DNA of 64,000 bases from an uncultured Eubacteriales bacterium (lineage in GTDB: Bacteria; Bacillota; Clostridia; Oscillospirales; CAG-272). Positions 1-9,696 of the stretch are shown piece by piece. The stretch is from assembly GCA_910586545.1 (NCBI GenBank), contig CAJUIQ010000002.1:39090-103089 (forward strand), written 5' to 3'. Under the pieces are notes generated by a model. It did not search any database. It had not been told where the DNA came from and saw only the letters and a program-made list of their open reading frames with translations. Position numbers and translations under genes: made by a program. Positions within the stretch are counted from its first letter, which is position 1, and every line of letters starts with the position of its first letter.

Positions 1-93
1 ATTGTTCCCGGGGCTGTGCATACGGATTTGTACGATAATACGGATATGATCCCCTTCGGGGCCATCACAGACTTTTTACTGGAACATTTGTAA
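1..93 (+). CDS. 3' end of a CDS entering from upstream of the window; product not assignable
   Basis: Frame 1 is open from base 1 to TAA at 91-93 (..AITDFLLEHL). The stop overlaps the next ATG (TAATG). Only 30 codons are visible. Confidence 0.35.
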   Translation: MVPGAVHTDLYDNTDMIPFGAITDFLLEHL

Positions 94-596
94 TGGTACA
101 GAAAATTCTATTCTTACTTTTATCAATTTTGCTTCTGTTTATCGGCCGTAAAGTTGACGCAACAGTATCCGCCGATTCTCTCATGGAATTGATGACAAAA
201 AATACGGAAAGCGCTACGCCAGAATCCCAAAATAGCAAAGAATTGATTTTATCCGTAAACGGCGTACTGCTTCCTGTAACGTGGGAAGACAACGACTCCA
301 TCGCCGCCCTTTACGCGTTGGCGGAAGAAGGAATAATAACGGTTCATACAGAAAATTACGGTAGATTTGAACAGGTGGGGACCCTACCACAAAGCATTGT
401 GAACAATGATGTTGAAATAACAACCACTCCAGGCGATATTGTTTTATATTCCGGGAATGCACTCGTACTTTTCTATGGTTCCAATACATGGACGTATACA
501 AAACTGGGTCATATAGACGGATTCTCCGCAGATGCATACGAAACTTTACTTAGTGGCAGTAAAACGACTGTGACACTGAGCCTATCGGAAGAATAA
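93..596 (+). CDS. secreted cyclophilin-like fold protein
   Basis: N-terminal signal peptide (MVQKILFLLLSILLLFIGRKVDA). The body, with ..TTTPGDIVLYSGNALVLFYGSNTWTYTKLG, resembles the cyclophilin-like superfamily (Cyclophil_like2 type). Confidence 0.55.
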   Translation: MVQKILFLLLSILLLFIGRKVDATVSADSLMELMTKNTESATPESQNSKELILSVNGVLLPVTWEDNDSIAALYALAEEGIITVHTENYGRFEQVGTLPQSIVNNDVEITTTPGDIVLYSGNALVLFYGSNTWTYTKLGHIDGFSADAYETLLSGSKTTVTLSLSEE

Positions 597-626
597 AAAG
601 GGACGGCATTATGCCATCCCTTTTTC
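595..626. terminator. bidirectional intrinsic terminator between convergent genes
   Basis: Hairpin GGGACGGCA-UUA-UGCCAUCCC flanked by an A-run and a T-run. Confidence 0.6.
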
Positions 627-644
627 CGATTAGCCTTCAAATAT

Positions 645-1487
645 TTAGTCTGCCTTACCGTCGGAACCGCAAAGCTGAATCTTATGCCGGCAAAGCTCGA
701 TTACTGCTTCTCTTGCTGGTCCCATATATTTCTTAGGGTCAATCATCGCTTCATCTTCCAAGGCGCTGCGTACTGCCTTTGTCGCCGCCGCACGCAATTC
801 TGTCGCAAAGTTTACCTTGTTGATCCCCAGTTCAATGGTACGGCGGATCATTTCGTCGGGAATGCCGGAACCTCCGTGCAGCACTAGAGGCGCGTCAATT
901 TTATCCCGCAAAGTCGCCAAAAGTTCAAAATTCAGCTTCGGTTCTCCCTTATAGAAGCCGTGCGCTGTACCGATAGCAACAGCAAAAATATCCACGCCGG
1001 TGCGGGTAAAGAAATCCACTGCCTCTGCCGGATCGGTATACGCAATGTCTGCGCTGCGTCCGTCTTCTTTACCGCCTACCGTGCCCAGTTCTGCCTCTAC
1101 GGTAACGCCGTGGGCAGCAGCCATCTCCACTACCTTGCGAGTCAGCGCGATGTTCTCTTCATAGGGCAGCTTGGAGCCGTCAATCATTACGGAAGTGTAT
1201 CCCTCCTGTACAGCATCCCGCACACCCTCGAAGCTTTCACAGTGGTCCAGATGGAGCGCTACCGGCACGTCTGCAGCCTCCCCTTCGGCACGCACCATCG
1301 CCACTGCCTGACGCAGGGTGAGGTATTTTACTGTAGTAGGTGTTGTCTGGATCATCACAGGAGAACGCAGCTGACTGGCTGCCGCGACAATCGCCTGCAC
1401 CATCTCCAGATTTTCCGCATTGAATGCAGGCACTGCATATCCCCCTGCACGGGCCTTTTGAATCATTTCTTTGCTTGTTGTATACAT
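645..1487 (-). CDS. class II ketose-bisphosphate aldolase (fructose/tagatose-1,6-bisphosphate aldolase family)
   Basis: 280 aa. N-terminus ..AGGYAVPAFNAENLEMVQAI, plus HLDH and HGGSG motifs typical of the FbaA/GatY/KbaY family. Confidence 0.85.
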   Translation of the reverse strand: MYTTSKEMIQKARAGGYAVPAFNAENLEMVQAIVAAASQLRSPVMIQTTPTTVKYLTLRQAVAMVRAEGEAADVPVALHLDHCESFEGVRDAVQEGYTSVMIDGSKLPYEENIALTRKVVEMAAAHGVTVEAELGTVGGKEDGRSADIAYTDPAEAVDFFTRTGVDIFAVAIGTAHGFYKGEPKLNFELLATLRDKIDAPLVLHGGSGIPDEMIRRTIELGINKVNFATELRAAATKAVRSALEDEAMIDPKKYMGPAREAVIELCRHKIQLCGSDGKAD

Positions 1488-1567
1488 GTTTTTGGTACTC
1501 TATACCTTTCTTTGAATTTATGATAATTTCAGCATGGCCAAATGCGGCATACCTGCACCGCAAAAGG

Positions 1568-2515
1568 TCATTCCAAAATATTGTCCGCGATCATTTTTTC
1601 TACGTTTTCCCGGGAAATATCCCCTTCCATAGGGCCAAAGGCAGCCGTATTCAGTGAAGCGGCAGCCGTAGCCATTTTTGCCGCGTCTTCAATGGATTTC
1701 CCCTCTAGCAGGGCGCATAGAAACGCACCGTCAAAGCTGTCGCCCGCTCCGGTTGCATCCAGCACGGGCACAGCATATACGCCAAACGCAAACTGCTTTT
1801 CTCGGGTATATATGACACATCCCTTCTTCCCATTTTTCAGCGCAATGATCTCCAAAGCAGGATGCACTCGAAATAGCTCCTGTACGGCCTCTTCAATATC
1901 CTGGCATCCGGAAAGCATACGCAGTTCACTTTTGCCGGGCAGGAACACGTTGGTCTGTTCCAATACCGCCGCAATAAGTTCTTTTGCCTCAGGATCCTTC
2001 ATCAGCTCCGGACGGACATTGGGATCAAAGGATATCTTTGCGCCGGCAGCTATCGCTGCCTGCATGGTTTCCACGATCCGACGGCCAAAAGTCATATCCG
2101 CCATAAGCGAACAACCCATAATATGGAAAAATCCAAGGCCTTCCAGCTTCTCTGCCGACGGGGCAGACGCCAGCACGGCAGGGGTGTTTCCAATATGGAA
2201 AATAAATTTTCTCTCTCCGTCAGAGAAATATGTAACAAAGGCGCAGCCAGTGGAAATCCGATCATTTTTGATCACGCAGGAGCAGTCCACACCGTCTCCT
2301 TCCAGACGATCCAAAAGACACTTTCCAAAATCATCGTCGCCAACACCGCCTACAATTGCGGCGCCATGGCCCAGGCGCGCTACTGTATCGATGAAAATAG
2401 CCGGTGCTCCGGAAGGGTACGGGCCACGGAACACGCCTGCCTTATCCAGAGGTTGATCCACACCGTCCCGCATAATCTCAACGATGATCTCCCCCATGGT
2501 CATAATTTCTGCCAT
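1568..2515 (-). CDS. PfkB-family sugar kinase
   Basis: 315 aa. Ribokinase/PfkB signatures (GGxGDD-like region near the N-terminus, C-terminal DATGAGDSFDGAF). RBS AAAGGA lies upstream of the ATG. Confidence 0.85.
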   Translation of the reverse strand: MAEIMTMGEIIVEIMRDGVDQPLDKAGVFRGPYPSGAPAIFIDTVARLGHGAAIVGGVGDDDFGKCLLDRLEGDGVDCSCVIKNDRISTGCAFVTYFSDGERKFIFHIGNTPAVLASAPSAEKLEGLGFFHIMGCSLMADMTFGRRIVETMQAAIAAGAKISFDPNVRPELMKDPEAKELIAAVLEQTNVFLPGKSELRMLSGCQDIEEAVQELFRVHPALEIIALKNGKKGCVIYTREKQFAFGVYAVPVLDATGAGDSFDGAFLCALLEGKSIEDAAKMATAAASLNTAAFGPMEGDISRENVEKMIADNILE

Positions 2516-2543
2516 TGGTTTCTATCCTTTCCGCGCTCTCTGT

Positions 2544-3413
2544 TTAAGCGCCGACAAACTGTTTTTTCAGGAATACAAGAGAATCTGCGATCATTTTATC
2601 CATCCCGGCTTCATCTGCGCCGCCGGACAAGTCACGCCATACCTTGATATCGCTGCCAACGGTGCCGCCAGATTTCATAAAGGGTTCCATAACGACCATT
2701 TTGTCATAGCCGATATCACGCAGCGCCTGACCGATTTCTGCCCAGGGCAGATGTCCCATACCAGGCAGTTTCCGGTTACCCTCTCCTACATGCACGTGGG
2801 CAAGAAGATTTCCTGCCTTTCGAATCGCATCAGGCAGATCATCCTCTTCAATATTCATATGGAACGTATCCAAAAGCAATTTCACAGAGTCACGGCCTAC
2901 ATCTTTGCAGAAACGAATGCCCTCTTCGCAATCGGTAAGCAGAATGGTTTCAAATCGGTTGAGTATCTCCAGACAAATGGTAATGCCAAGACGGTCTGCC
3001 TCATCGCCTACCTCCTGCATGCCTTTGACCGCACGCGCCCACAGCGCGTCTTTATCCAAATCTTTGAAATCATAGGGCCAGCAATTGTACAGGGCGCCAA
3101 TCAGGGTATTACAGTCGATTTTAACCATCTGATGCATAATATCTACTAAAAACTGAACGCCGGCCTGACGAATAGCAGGATCCGCAGAAGATACGTCCTT
3201 GTCTCTGGGAGGGCCAAGATTTGCAGAAATCTCCAACCCCAGCTCTTTTGTTACAGTCCGCAGCTCGGCCAGCTGCGCATCGCTCATATTTACCAGATCG
3301 CCGCCGCCAATTTCAATTACATCAAAACCGGCTTTTTTCGCTTTTCTAGCCATTTCGCAGTAGTCTGCGCCCCAGTTGCTTACCCAGTAAGCATATAATG
3401 TTCCAAATTTCAT
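2544..3413 (-). CDS. ketose 3-epimerase-like TIM-barrel protein (D-psicose/D-tagatose 3-epimerase family)
   Basis: 289 aa. The N-terminus MKFGTLYAYWVSNWGADY..AGFDVIEIG parallels known D-psicose 3-epimerases. Xylose-isomerase-like fold. Confidence 0.7.
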   Translation of the reverse strand: MKFGTLYAYWVSNWGADYCEMARKAKKAGFDVIEIGGGDLVNMSDAQLAELRTVTKELGLEISANLGPPRDKDVSSADPAIRQAGVQFLVDIMHQMVKIDCNTLIGALYNCWPYDFKDLDKDALWARAVKGMQEVGDEADRLGITICLEILNRFETILLTDCEEGIRFCKDVGRDSVKLLLDTFHMNIEEDDLPDAIRKAGNLLAHVHVGEGNRKLPGMGHLPWAEIGQALRDIGYDKMVVMEPFMKSGGTVGSDIKVWRDLSGGADEAGMDKMIADSLVFLKKQFVGA

Positions 3414-3443
3414 TGTATAATCCTTTCTTTCTTATATGTTTCT

Positions 3444-5483
3444 TTATCGTTGTCCATCAATCCCATATACAAGCTGCATAGGGCTGACAGCAAGAGAAAA
3501 AGCTTTTTCAATACCGGTCTGGTTATACGTCACCGGAATACCCAGTTCGTTTACCATATCATACCATGCCCGATATCCCGCCGCATAGGCCTCGCGTTGC
3601 GCTTCTGTACCATTCATATACTGATCCTCGTATGTAGCGCTATAGCCCAGGAACAGCATATGTACCGACAAACGACGGACATTTTCCCGCTCCCAATCAG
3701 TCTCACAAGCTGACATAGCCTGCGCAAACAGCTCCTGCATGGTAGCAAAGTGCGTGGCGAAATAGGTTTTTGAATAGATATCAAAGGGATATTCATAATC
3801 GTTGAGCACACAACCCATTTCATCCCCCGCCTGAATGAGCATTTTGATATATGTATATATATGCGACCACCCCGGTCCGTAATATGCCTGCAGATATTCT
3901 TCCATACGCAGGATATATTCTTCCTCTACCATGCCGCCGTCCCACATAAGCTCGGAAAGAAGATATGCGTCCAGTCCTTCGAAGGAACTGCCGGCCGTAC
4001 CCACTACGTAAAATCCGGTGGCTTTATGCTCCATAAACCATACAAAGTCGTTATATAGATTGGCAAGATTGGGCTGCGGGCACAGCAAATAATAGATGTT
4101 TGTAGGATAATACCAGATATAAGTCTGTGAACAATGCTCCGTCCATCCAAGATAATAGGCTTCTTCCTTGATATTGGAGTAGCCCAGGCTGTTGCCACCC
4201 GCTGCACATTCTCCGCTGCCTATCGGATGATTTGCACAGCCGTTCCAACAATATAGCAGTACGACTTCCTCATTCAGCACCGCATCCTTTGGCGGAATAC
4301 GCACGTCTCCATAGGCGTTGGTAATTACCCGAATGCCCGGATATTCCCTGCGCAGGACATCGTCAATTCGATTTACAAAGGGCACCAACACACCGGCCTG
4401 GCTCCCCTCCTCCTGATAGGTGGCGCTACACTCCGCGCACACGCAGAATCGGCCCTCTGCAGAATAGGCACAGGATATTTCCGTAATATCCTTTCCCACA
4501 ACGCCTCCGGCGGCGATCCGCTCGTCCAGCAGCTTTTTCATGTTAGCAAGACAGGTTTCATAAGAGGTTTCTGAGGATAGACAAGGCACAGCGGTGTCCG
4601 GAATAAAGTAGTCCAGGGAATGGGCGTTCAAAAACAGACGCTGGATTCCGTATCCATACTCCGGCCGCAGCATACTGGATTGGGCACTGCATCCGCTGAG
4701 CTTGCGCTTGATTACGGAAGAATATGTATAATCATTTTTAAAAGGATCGATAGTGACGCAACGGTATCGCACCGAAGGCACCTGTTCGTCACGCATTCCA
4801 TCCGGCAGATCTACTGTTTGGGCTGTATACAGAACTTTGTCGTTATACCCTAAAAATCGATATCCGACATATTCCTCCAACAGCTCATACACGCCATACA
4901 TTACGCCTCTTGCAGCGCCGCCCATTATGGTCAGCGTTCCATCAAAAACAGAAATAGAAAATCCGTCGTCTCCCAAATTGCGGGATCCGTCATCGGCGCA
5001 CAGTACAATCTGGTAGGGAGCGGATGAGGCGCCCTCCGCAATGGAAAGTGTTCTGCCACAGGCTTCCTTTACATATTTTTGCAGTTCTTCCGCTGCAAAC
5101 ACAATATTTGCGTTGCTGGGATCTGCTACCAAAATAGTATATTTCCCAATATTTTCTCCCGCAATCGTGATGGTTCCGACATTGGTATCGGGCACGGGAT
5201 ATTTTTCCGTTATATTAATTGCTCCAGCTAAATGCAATTTGAGCGCCAAGCTATCCATCGCAAGAATCTCACCATCTCCGTCCACGTCTGCAAGATCCAG
5301 TTCGATCCAATCAGTTGCGTTGGCAAGATACTTCATCAATTCCAAAGCATCCATAGGTGTCAGTTCACCATCTCCGTCAATATCCCCCCGCAGAAAGGAT
5401 GCCGCACCAGCCGGTGCGGCAACGACAACAGCTGAAAGGAGCATGGAAAGAACCAAAAGTGCAGAGATCAGCTTCTTTTTCAT
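3444..5483 (-). CDS. secreted protein with an N-terminal dockerin and a DUF4838-like (glycoside-hydrolase-associated) body
   Basis: Signal peptide followed by two EF-hand-like dockerin loops (DIDGDGELT, DVDGDGEIL). The remaining roughly 580 aa resemble the DUF4838 family. Confidence 0.7.
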   Translation of the reverse strand: MKKKLISALLVLSMLLSAVVVAAPAGAASFLRGDIDGDGELTPMDALELMKYLANATDWIELDLADVDGDGEILAMDSLALKLHLAGAINITEKYPVPDTNVGTITIAGENIGKYTILVADPSNANIVFAAEELQKYVKEACGRTLSIAEGASSAPYQIVLCADDGSRNLGDDGFSISVFDGTLTIMGGAARGVMYGVYELLEEYVGYRFLGYNDKVLYTAQTVDLPDGMRDEQVPSVRYRCVTIDPFKNDYTYSSVIKRKLSGCSAQSSMLRPEYGYGIQRLFLNAHSLDYFIPDTAVPCLSSETSYETCLANMKKLLDERIAAGGVVGKDITEISCAYSAEGRFCVCAECSATYQEEGSQAGVLVPFVNRIDDVLRREYPGIRVITNAYGDVRIPPKDAVLNEEVVLLYCWNGCANHPIGSGECAAGGNSLGYSNIKEEAYYLGWTEHCSQTYIWYYPTNIYYLLCPQPNLANLYNDFVWFMEHKATGFYVVGTAGSSFEGLDAYLLSELMWDGGMVEEEYILRMEEYLQAYYGPGWSHIYTYIKMLIQAGDEMGCVLNDYEYPFDIYSKTYFATHFATMQELFAQAMSACETDWERENVRRLSVHMLFLGYSATYEDQYMNGTEAQREAYAAGYRAWYDMVNELGIPVTYNQTGIEKAFSLAVSPMQLVYGIDGQR

Positions 5484-5672
5484 AACAATCTCCCAAAATA
5501 ATTTCTATAACCGTTGCTGCACAAAGCGGCAGCACAGTAAAAATGCAACGATTTTATAGTGACAAAGTTCTACTTTTATTATAATATACCTTCCGTTTTT
5601 TTTCAATAGCTTTTCCCTATCTAGTATAGAAAATCCTCCGCTTTGCAGGGCATAGTTTGATTGTAACGCCGG

Positions 5673-5702
5673 TTGACAAACATACGCATATTTTGTTATA
5701 AT
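5673..5702 (+). promoter_or_regulatory. sigma-A type promoter for the histidine phosphatase gene
   Basis: TTGACA at 5673-5678, 18 nt spacer, TGT-TATAAT (extended -10) at 5694-5702. Confidence 0.55.
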
Positions 5703-5733
5703 ATGGGTAGTTATTTATAAAGGGGAAATCGGT

Positions 5734-6477
5734 ATGGACAAAAACGAGCGCAAATGTGCACACATCAATTTTGCATCCACTCCAGGCACTCCTCTGCTGT
5801 TCTGTACACCTGCGCAAGCGACTGCCCTACTTTCTGAAGAACGTAAACCTGTTTTCCTGGTGCGTCATGGTCTCACCGCATGGAATATGCAGATGCGGCT
5901 TCAAGGCAGGGAAGACATTCCTTTAAATGAAGAAGGTCGTGAGCAAGCGCTCTACTGCGCTTCTTTCTTGGGAAAAGCCCTTATAAGCAGCAAATTGAAA
6001 ACGCAAAAAGTATATAGTTCTCCCTTAATGCGGGCTTACGATACAGCGTCTTACATCTGTGAAAGTCTTAGCGTTGAAAGCCCCACTATTGAAGAAGGGC
6101 TGATCGAGCGGGACTACGGCTCTTTGTCCGGGCTGCCCCCTGCGAAAAAGAAAGAAATCTATCCCACACCGGCCGAATATCCAAAAGATGTGGAAAGTAT
6201 TCCCCATGCTGCCCGGCGTATGAAACGTACCCTTTCTCAACTGTGCCTTACAAGTGACGAAGGGCTAATTGTGGCTGTAACGCATGGAGGCATTATGAAC
6301 GCTTTGTTCTCCTCATTGACTGGAGGCAGGGCTGGTCTGGGACCGAATATCACGCGAAACTGTACGGTTGCTATGGTTGCCGTCGGAAAATATGATGTGA
6401 TTCCATTGTCGTTTAATCTGACAGACCATGTTTTTCCTGAGTATGTACGGGAAATCCATTTTCCCATGTCTGTTTAA
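5734..6477 (+). CDS. histidine phosphatase family protein (phosphoglycerate mutase-like)
   Basis: RHG motif (FLVRHGLTAWN) and a later TH motif (AVTHGG). RBS AAAGGGGA. There is a roughly 38 aa N-terminal extension before the RHG core. Confidence 0.8.
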   Translation: MDKNERKCAHINFASTPGTPLLFCTPAQATALLSEERKPVFLVRHGLTAWNMQMRLQGREDIPLNEEGREQALYCASFLGKALISSKLKTQKVYSSPLMRAYDTASYICESLSVESPTIEEGLIERDYGSLSGLPPAKKKEIYPTPAEYPKDVESIPHAARRMKRTLSQLCLTSDEGLIVAVTHGGIMNALFSSLTGGRAGLGPNITRNCTVAMVAVGKYDVIPLSFNLTDHVFPEYVREIHFPMSV

Positions 6478-6519
6478 TAAGCAAAAGCATCCCGCCAACG
6501 GCGGGATGCTTTTGCTTAT
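6478..6519. terminator. bidirectional intrinsic terminator
   Basis: GCAAAAGCATCCCGCC-AACG-GCGGGATGCTTTTGC perfect hairpin between convergent genes. Confidence 0.75.
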
Positions 6520-6540
6520 TAAACAATTCAAAATACAATT

Positions 6541-7713
6541 TTATCGCAGGCGGGCTAAACGGTGTATTTCACAGTCCAGTACATCTGCAAACCGCGAAAG
6601 CTCTTCCTCTGTATTCTGATGAGACAAGCTGATACGCAGAGAACAATCTGCCTCGCGCTGGCTTAGACCAAACGCCAAAAGTGTTGGACTTATTTTTTGA
6701 GCCCGGGCGCTGCAGGCACTCCCCGCGCTGACACAGATACCCGCGGCAGACAATGCCCGCAGCATCACTTCGCTTTTTATGTTCGGAAGTGTTATATTCA
6801 CAATGGCGTCCACACTGTTTTTTGGCGCATTGATTTGCACCAAAGGATGCAGCTTCTCCAAAAGAGCAGCCCGCAGATGATGCAATATCTGCGCCCGCGT
6901 CTCTGCCTCCTGCATTCCCTCTAAAGCCGCGGCGCCAAAAGCGGCGATTGCCGGAACATTTTCCGTACCGCTGCGCAGTCCCCCCTCCTGACCACCGCCC
7001 ATGAGCAAGGGAATGATTCGTTTCCCGCGAAGCATTTCCGGAGAGACATACAGTGCCCCTGCACCTTTGGGAGCGTATATCTTATGGGCACTTACCGACA
7101 GCAGATCCACTCCCAGAGTAACCGGTGTGACAGGAACACGCATATACGCCTGTACCGCATCACAGTGCACCACTGCCCCGGGGCTATTTCGACGGACAAT
7201 TTCCGTCACGGTGCGGACAGGATACAGAGCGCCGGTCTCGTTGTTGACCAGCATCATCGATGCCAGAATCACGCTATCGTCTGCTTCCTGCTCCAAATAT
7301 TCCAAATCCAGCGCTCCATTACGGGTGGGAACGCGCACCACGGTAAATCCGTCTAATTCCAATCTTGCAGCGGTGTTTTCAACGGAGGGGTGTTCTCCCT
7401 CTGTAATAAGAATCTTTCCCCTGCTGCCGTTTTTCTCCGGTCTGTTCTTGGCATAGACAGTTCCCCAAATTGCTTGATTATTTGCTTCTGTTCCACAGGA
7501 ACAAAATAAAATTTGCCCGTCCGTCCGCCGACGCACTCCTAAAGATGCCGCCACATTTCGCCTTGCTTCTTCCAGCAGACGATGGGCGTCTATTCCGACT
7601 CGGTGAACGGAACCAGGATTTCCATAACATATGCACAAGGCTTCCCGCATTTTTTGCAGGGAAGCCTCTGAGGGTTTCGTAGTTGCGCTATTATCTAAGT
7701 AAATTTCTTTCAT
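6541..7713 (-). CDS. cysteine desulfurase (class V aminotransferase, NifS/IscS-like)
   Basis: 390 aa. PLP-lysine context SAHKIYAPKGAGALYV and a C-terminal active-site Cys region (SAGSACS). Confidence 0.85.
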   Translation of the reverse strand: MKEIYLDNSATTKPSEASLQKMREALCICYGNPGSVHRVGIDAHRLLEEARRNVAASLGVRRRTDGQILFCSCGTEANNQAIWGTVYAKNRPEKNGSRGKILITEGEHPSVENTAARLELDGFTVVRVPTRNGALDLEYLEQEADDSVILASMMLVNNETGALYPVRTVTEIVRRNSPGAVVHCDAVQAYMRVPVTPVTLGVDLLSVSAHKIYAPKGAGALYVSPEMLRGKRIIPLLMGGGQEGGLRSGTENVPAIAAFGAAALEGMQEAETRAQILHHLRAALLEKLHPLVQINAPKNSVDAIVNITLPNIKSEVMLRALSAAGICVSAGSACSARAQKISPTLLAFGLSQREADCSLRISLSHQNTEEELSRFADVLDCEIHRLARLR

Positions 7714-7727
7714 ATACTTTATACGCC

Positions 7728-8255
7728 TTATTTAAATGCAAAATGCTCCAGCACCAGATCCAGTTCGTCCAGATGATCCTCGTAATACTCCGGAGTGGAA
7801 GTGTAGGTAATATAATATATATAATTTTCTCGTAGGGCAGCAACAATTATATATCGATATTCCTTTTCGTTCAGCGTTGCGTCAAATGTATACTTCATTC
7901 CATCGATGCCACCCAGTACCGCCTCTTCTTGGGCAGTCACTTCCATTTTTTCATAAATGCCTGTAAATTGTTCCGTATAGTTTTCCCACCAGGAAGAAAC
8001 AGTATCGTCCGTCATATTCACGCCAAATGCTGTAACGGATATGCTGGTAGCGTCTCCGGATGAAAAATAGGCAGCAGCGTAAAGGGAGGATTTGTCCACC
8101 CGCCAGCCTTCCGGCACATAAAACAGATAATCCGCATCTTCCGATGAGGCAAGCTGCATCCCGGCGGGAACATCCGAAGCCTGTTTTTCACACCCGCACA
8201 GAATCATACTCAGGGCAAGCAGAAGCGTCACCAGCAAAAATCCTGTTCTCTTCAT
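7728..8255 (-). CDS. lipoprotein of unknown function
   Basis: An internal ATG at 8255 is preceded by GGAAGGTAAGGA. Lipobox LLALSMILCGC. The longer ORF-track start would overlap glyA. Confidence 0.6.
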   Translation of the reverse strand: MKRTGFLLVTLLLALSMILCGCEKQASDVPAGMQLASSEDADYLFYVPEGWRVDKSSLYAAAYFSSGDATSISVTAFGVNMTDDTVSSWWENYTEQFTGIYEKMEVTAQEEAVLGGIDGMKYTFDATLNEKEYRYIIVAALRENYIYYITYTSTPEYYEDHLDELDLVLEHFAFK

Positions 8256-8300
8256 CGTTATATCCTTACCTTCCTTTGGATTCAAGCAAACTACTCCCAC

Positions 8301-9545
8301 TTACTCGTAGATAGGATACTGCTTGCAAATCTGTGTAACTGCGTCCCGGATATAATCTGCTTTGGCGTCAAAATCTGTTGCGGCCAAAGCCATCAGCTTG
8401 GCCAGAGTCTTCATCTCAGAAACACCCAGACCTCGCGTCGTTACTGCCGGCGTACCAACACGGATACCGCTGGTGACGAAAGGTTTTTCCGGGTCATTGG
8501 GAATGGAATTTTTATTTACAGTGATATATACCTGATCCAGTCTCTGCTCCATTTCTTTGCCAGTGATATGCATAGGCCGCAGGTCTACCAACATCAAATG
8601 ATTGTCCGTTCCGCCGGACACCAAATCAAAGCCTTCAGCAAGAAGTCCTTCGGCAAGGGCCTTTGCATTTTCTACAATTCTTTTCTGATATTCCTTAAAG
8701 GAAGGATCCAAAGCTTCCCCAAAACAAACAGCTTTAGAGGCGATAATATGCTCAAGAGGGCCGCCCTGCATACCAGGGAACACTGCTTTATTAATCCTCT
8801 TTGCAATCTCTTCATCATTGCAGAGGATCAGGCCGCCTCTAGGGCCGCGCAGCGTCTTGTGGGTTGTAGTAGTCACCACATCCGCATATGGAATGGGAGA
8901 AGGATGAAGCCCTGCCGCAACCAGACCGGCAATATGTGCCATGTCTACCATAAACATAGCGCCGACATCTTTAGCAATTCTAGAAATCCGCTCAAAATCA
9001 ATGGTTCTAGCGTATGCAGACGCTCCGGCAATGATCAGTTTGGGGCTGCACTCTTTTGCGGTCTTTTCCATAACGTCGTAATCAATAAAGCCATTTTCGT
9101 CTACGCCGTAGGGAACAAAATTATAATTTATACCGGAAAAGTTTACAGGGCTGCCGTGGGTCAAGTGACCGCCATGTGCCAGATTCATGCCCATAACGGT
9201 ATCCCCATGGGAAAGCAGCGCCATATAAACAGCAGTATTTGCCTGTGCACCGGAGTGAGGCTGCACATTCGCAAAGTTTGCACCGAAAAGCTTGCAAGCA
9301 CGCTGAATGGCAATGGTTTCAATTACATCCACACATTCGCAGCCACCATAATATCTGCGGCCCGGATAGCCTTCTGCATATTTATTTGCGGGGGGGGTTG
9401 CCATTGCGAGCATAACAGCTTCTGAAATCATATTCTCGCTGGCGATCAGTTCTAAGCCTCTTTTTTCCCGCTGCAATTCTGCGGCAACGGCATTGCCGAT
9501 TTCAGGATCTGCCTTTTGAAGTTTTTCAATCACTGACTGAACCAT
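8301..9545 (-). CDS. glyA: serine hydroxymethyltransferase
   Basis: 414 aa. Collinear with GlyA, including the [17 protein letters not shown]-binding motif. Confidence 0.95.
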   Translation of the reverse strand: MVQSVIEKLQKADPEIGNAVAAELQREKRGLELIASENMISEAVMLAMATPPANKYAEGYPGRRYYGGCECVDVIETIAIQRACKLFGANFANVQPHSGAQANTAVYMALLSHGDTVMGMNLAHGGHLTHGSPVNFSGINYNFVPYGVDENGFIDYDVMEKTAKECSPKLIIAGASAYARTIDFERISRIAKDVGAMFMVDMAHIAGLVAAGLHPSPIPYADVVTTTTHKTLRGPRGGLILCNDEEIAKRINKAVFPGMQGGPLEHIIASKAVCFGEALDPSFKEYQKRIVENAKALAEGLLAEGFDLVSGGTDNHLMLVDLRPMHITGKEMEQRLDQVYITVNKNSIPNDPEKPFVTSGIRVGTPAVTTRGLGVSEMKTLAKLMALAATDFDAKADYIRDAVTQICKQYPIYE

Positions 9546-9590
9546 TATTATATCTTCCCTTCATTTTCTATTTCTTGAAATAATACTTTT

Positions 9591-9619
9591 ATTATACAGG
9601 ATGTACTGGCGCTTTGCAA
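9591..9619 (-). promoter_or_regulatory. sigma-A type promoter for glyA
   Basis: On the minus strand: TTGCAA (9614-9619), 17 nt spacer, TATAAT (9591-9596). Confidence 0.5.
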
Positions 9620-9651
9620 CAGAATTTTATGAACATAAAAGGATTTTGCAC

Positions 9652-9685
9652 AAAAAAGCCGCAGGTGATTACCTGCGGCTTTTTT
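9652..9685. terminator. intrinsic terminator downstream of the cohesin-like gene
   Basis: AAAAAAGCCGCAGGT-GATT-ACCTGCGGCTTTTTT. Confidence 0.75.
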
Positions 9686-9696
9686 AAATCTAAATT

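Noticed and set aside
1542-2456. 304 aa plus-strand ORF overlapping the PfkB kinase gene
   Set aside because: The translation is Ser/Pro/Ala-rich with no motifs. The opposite frame gives a clear PfkB kinase.
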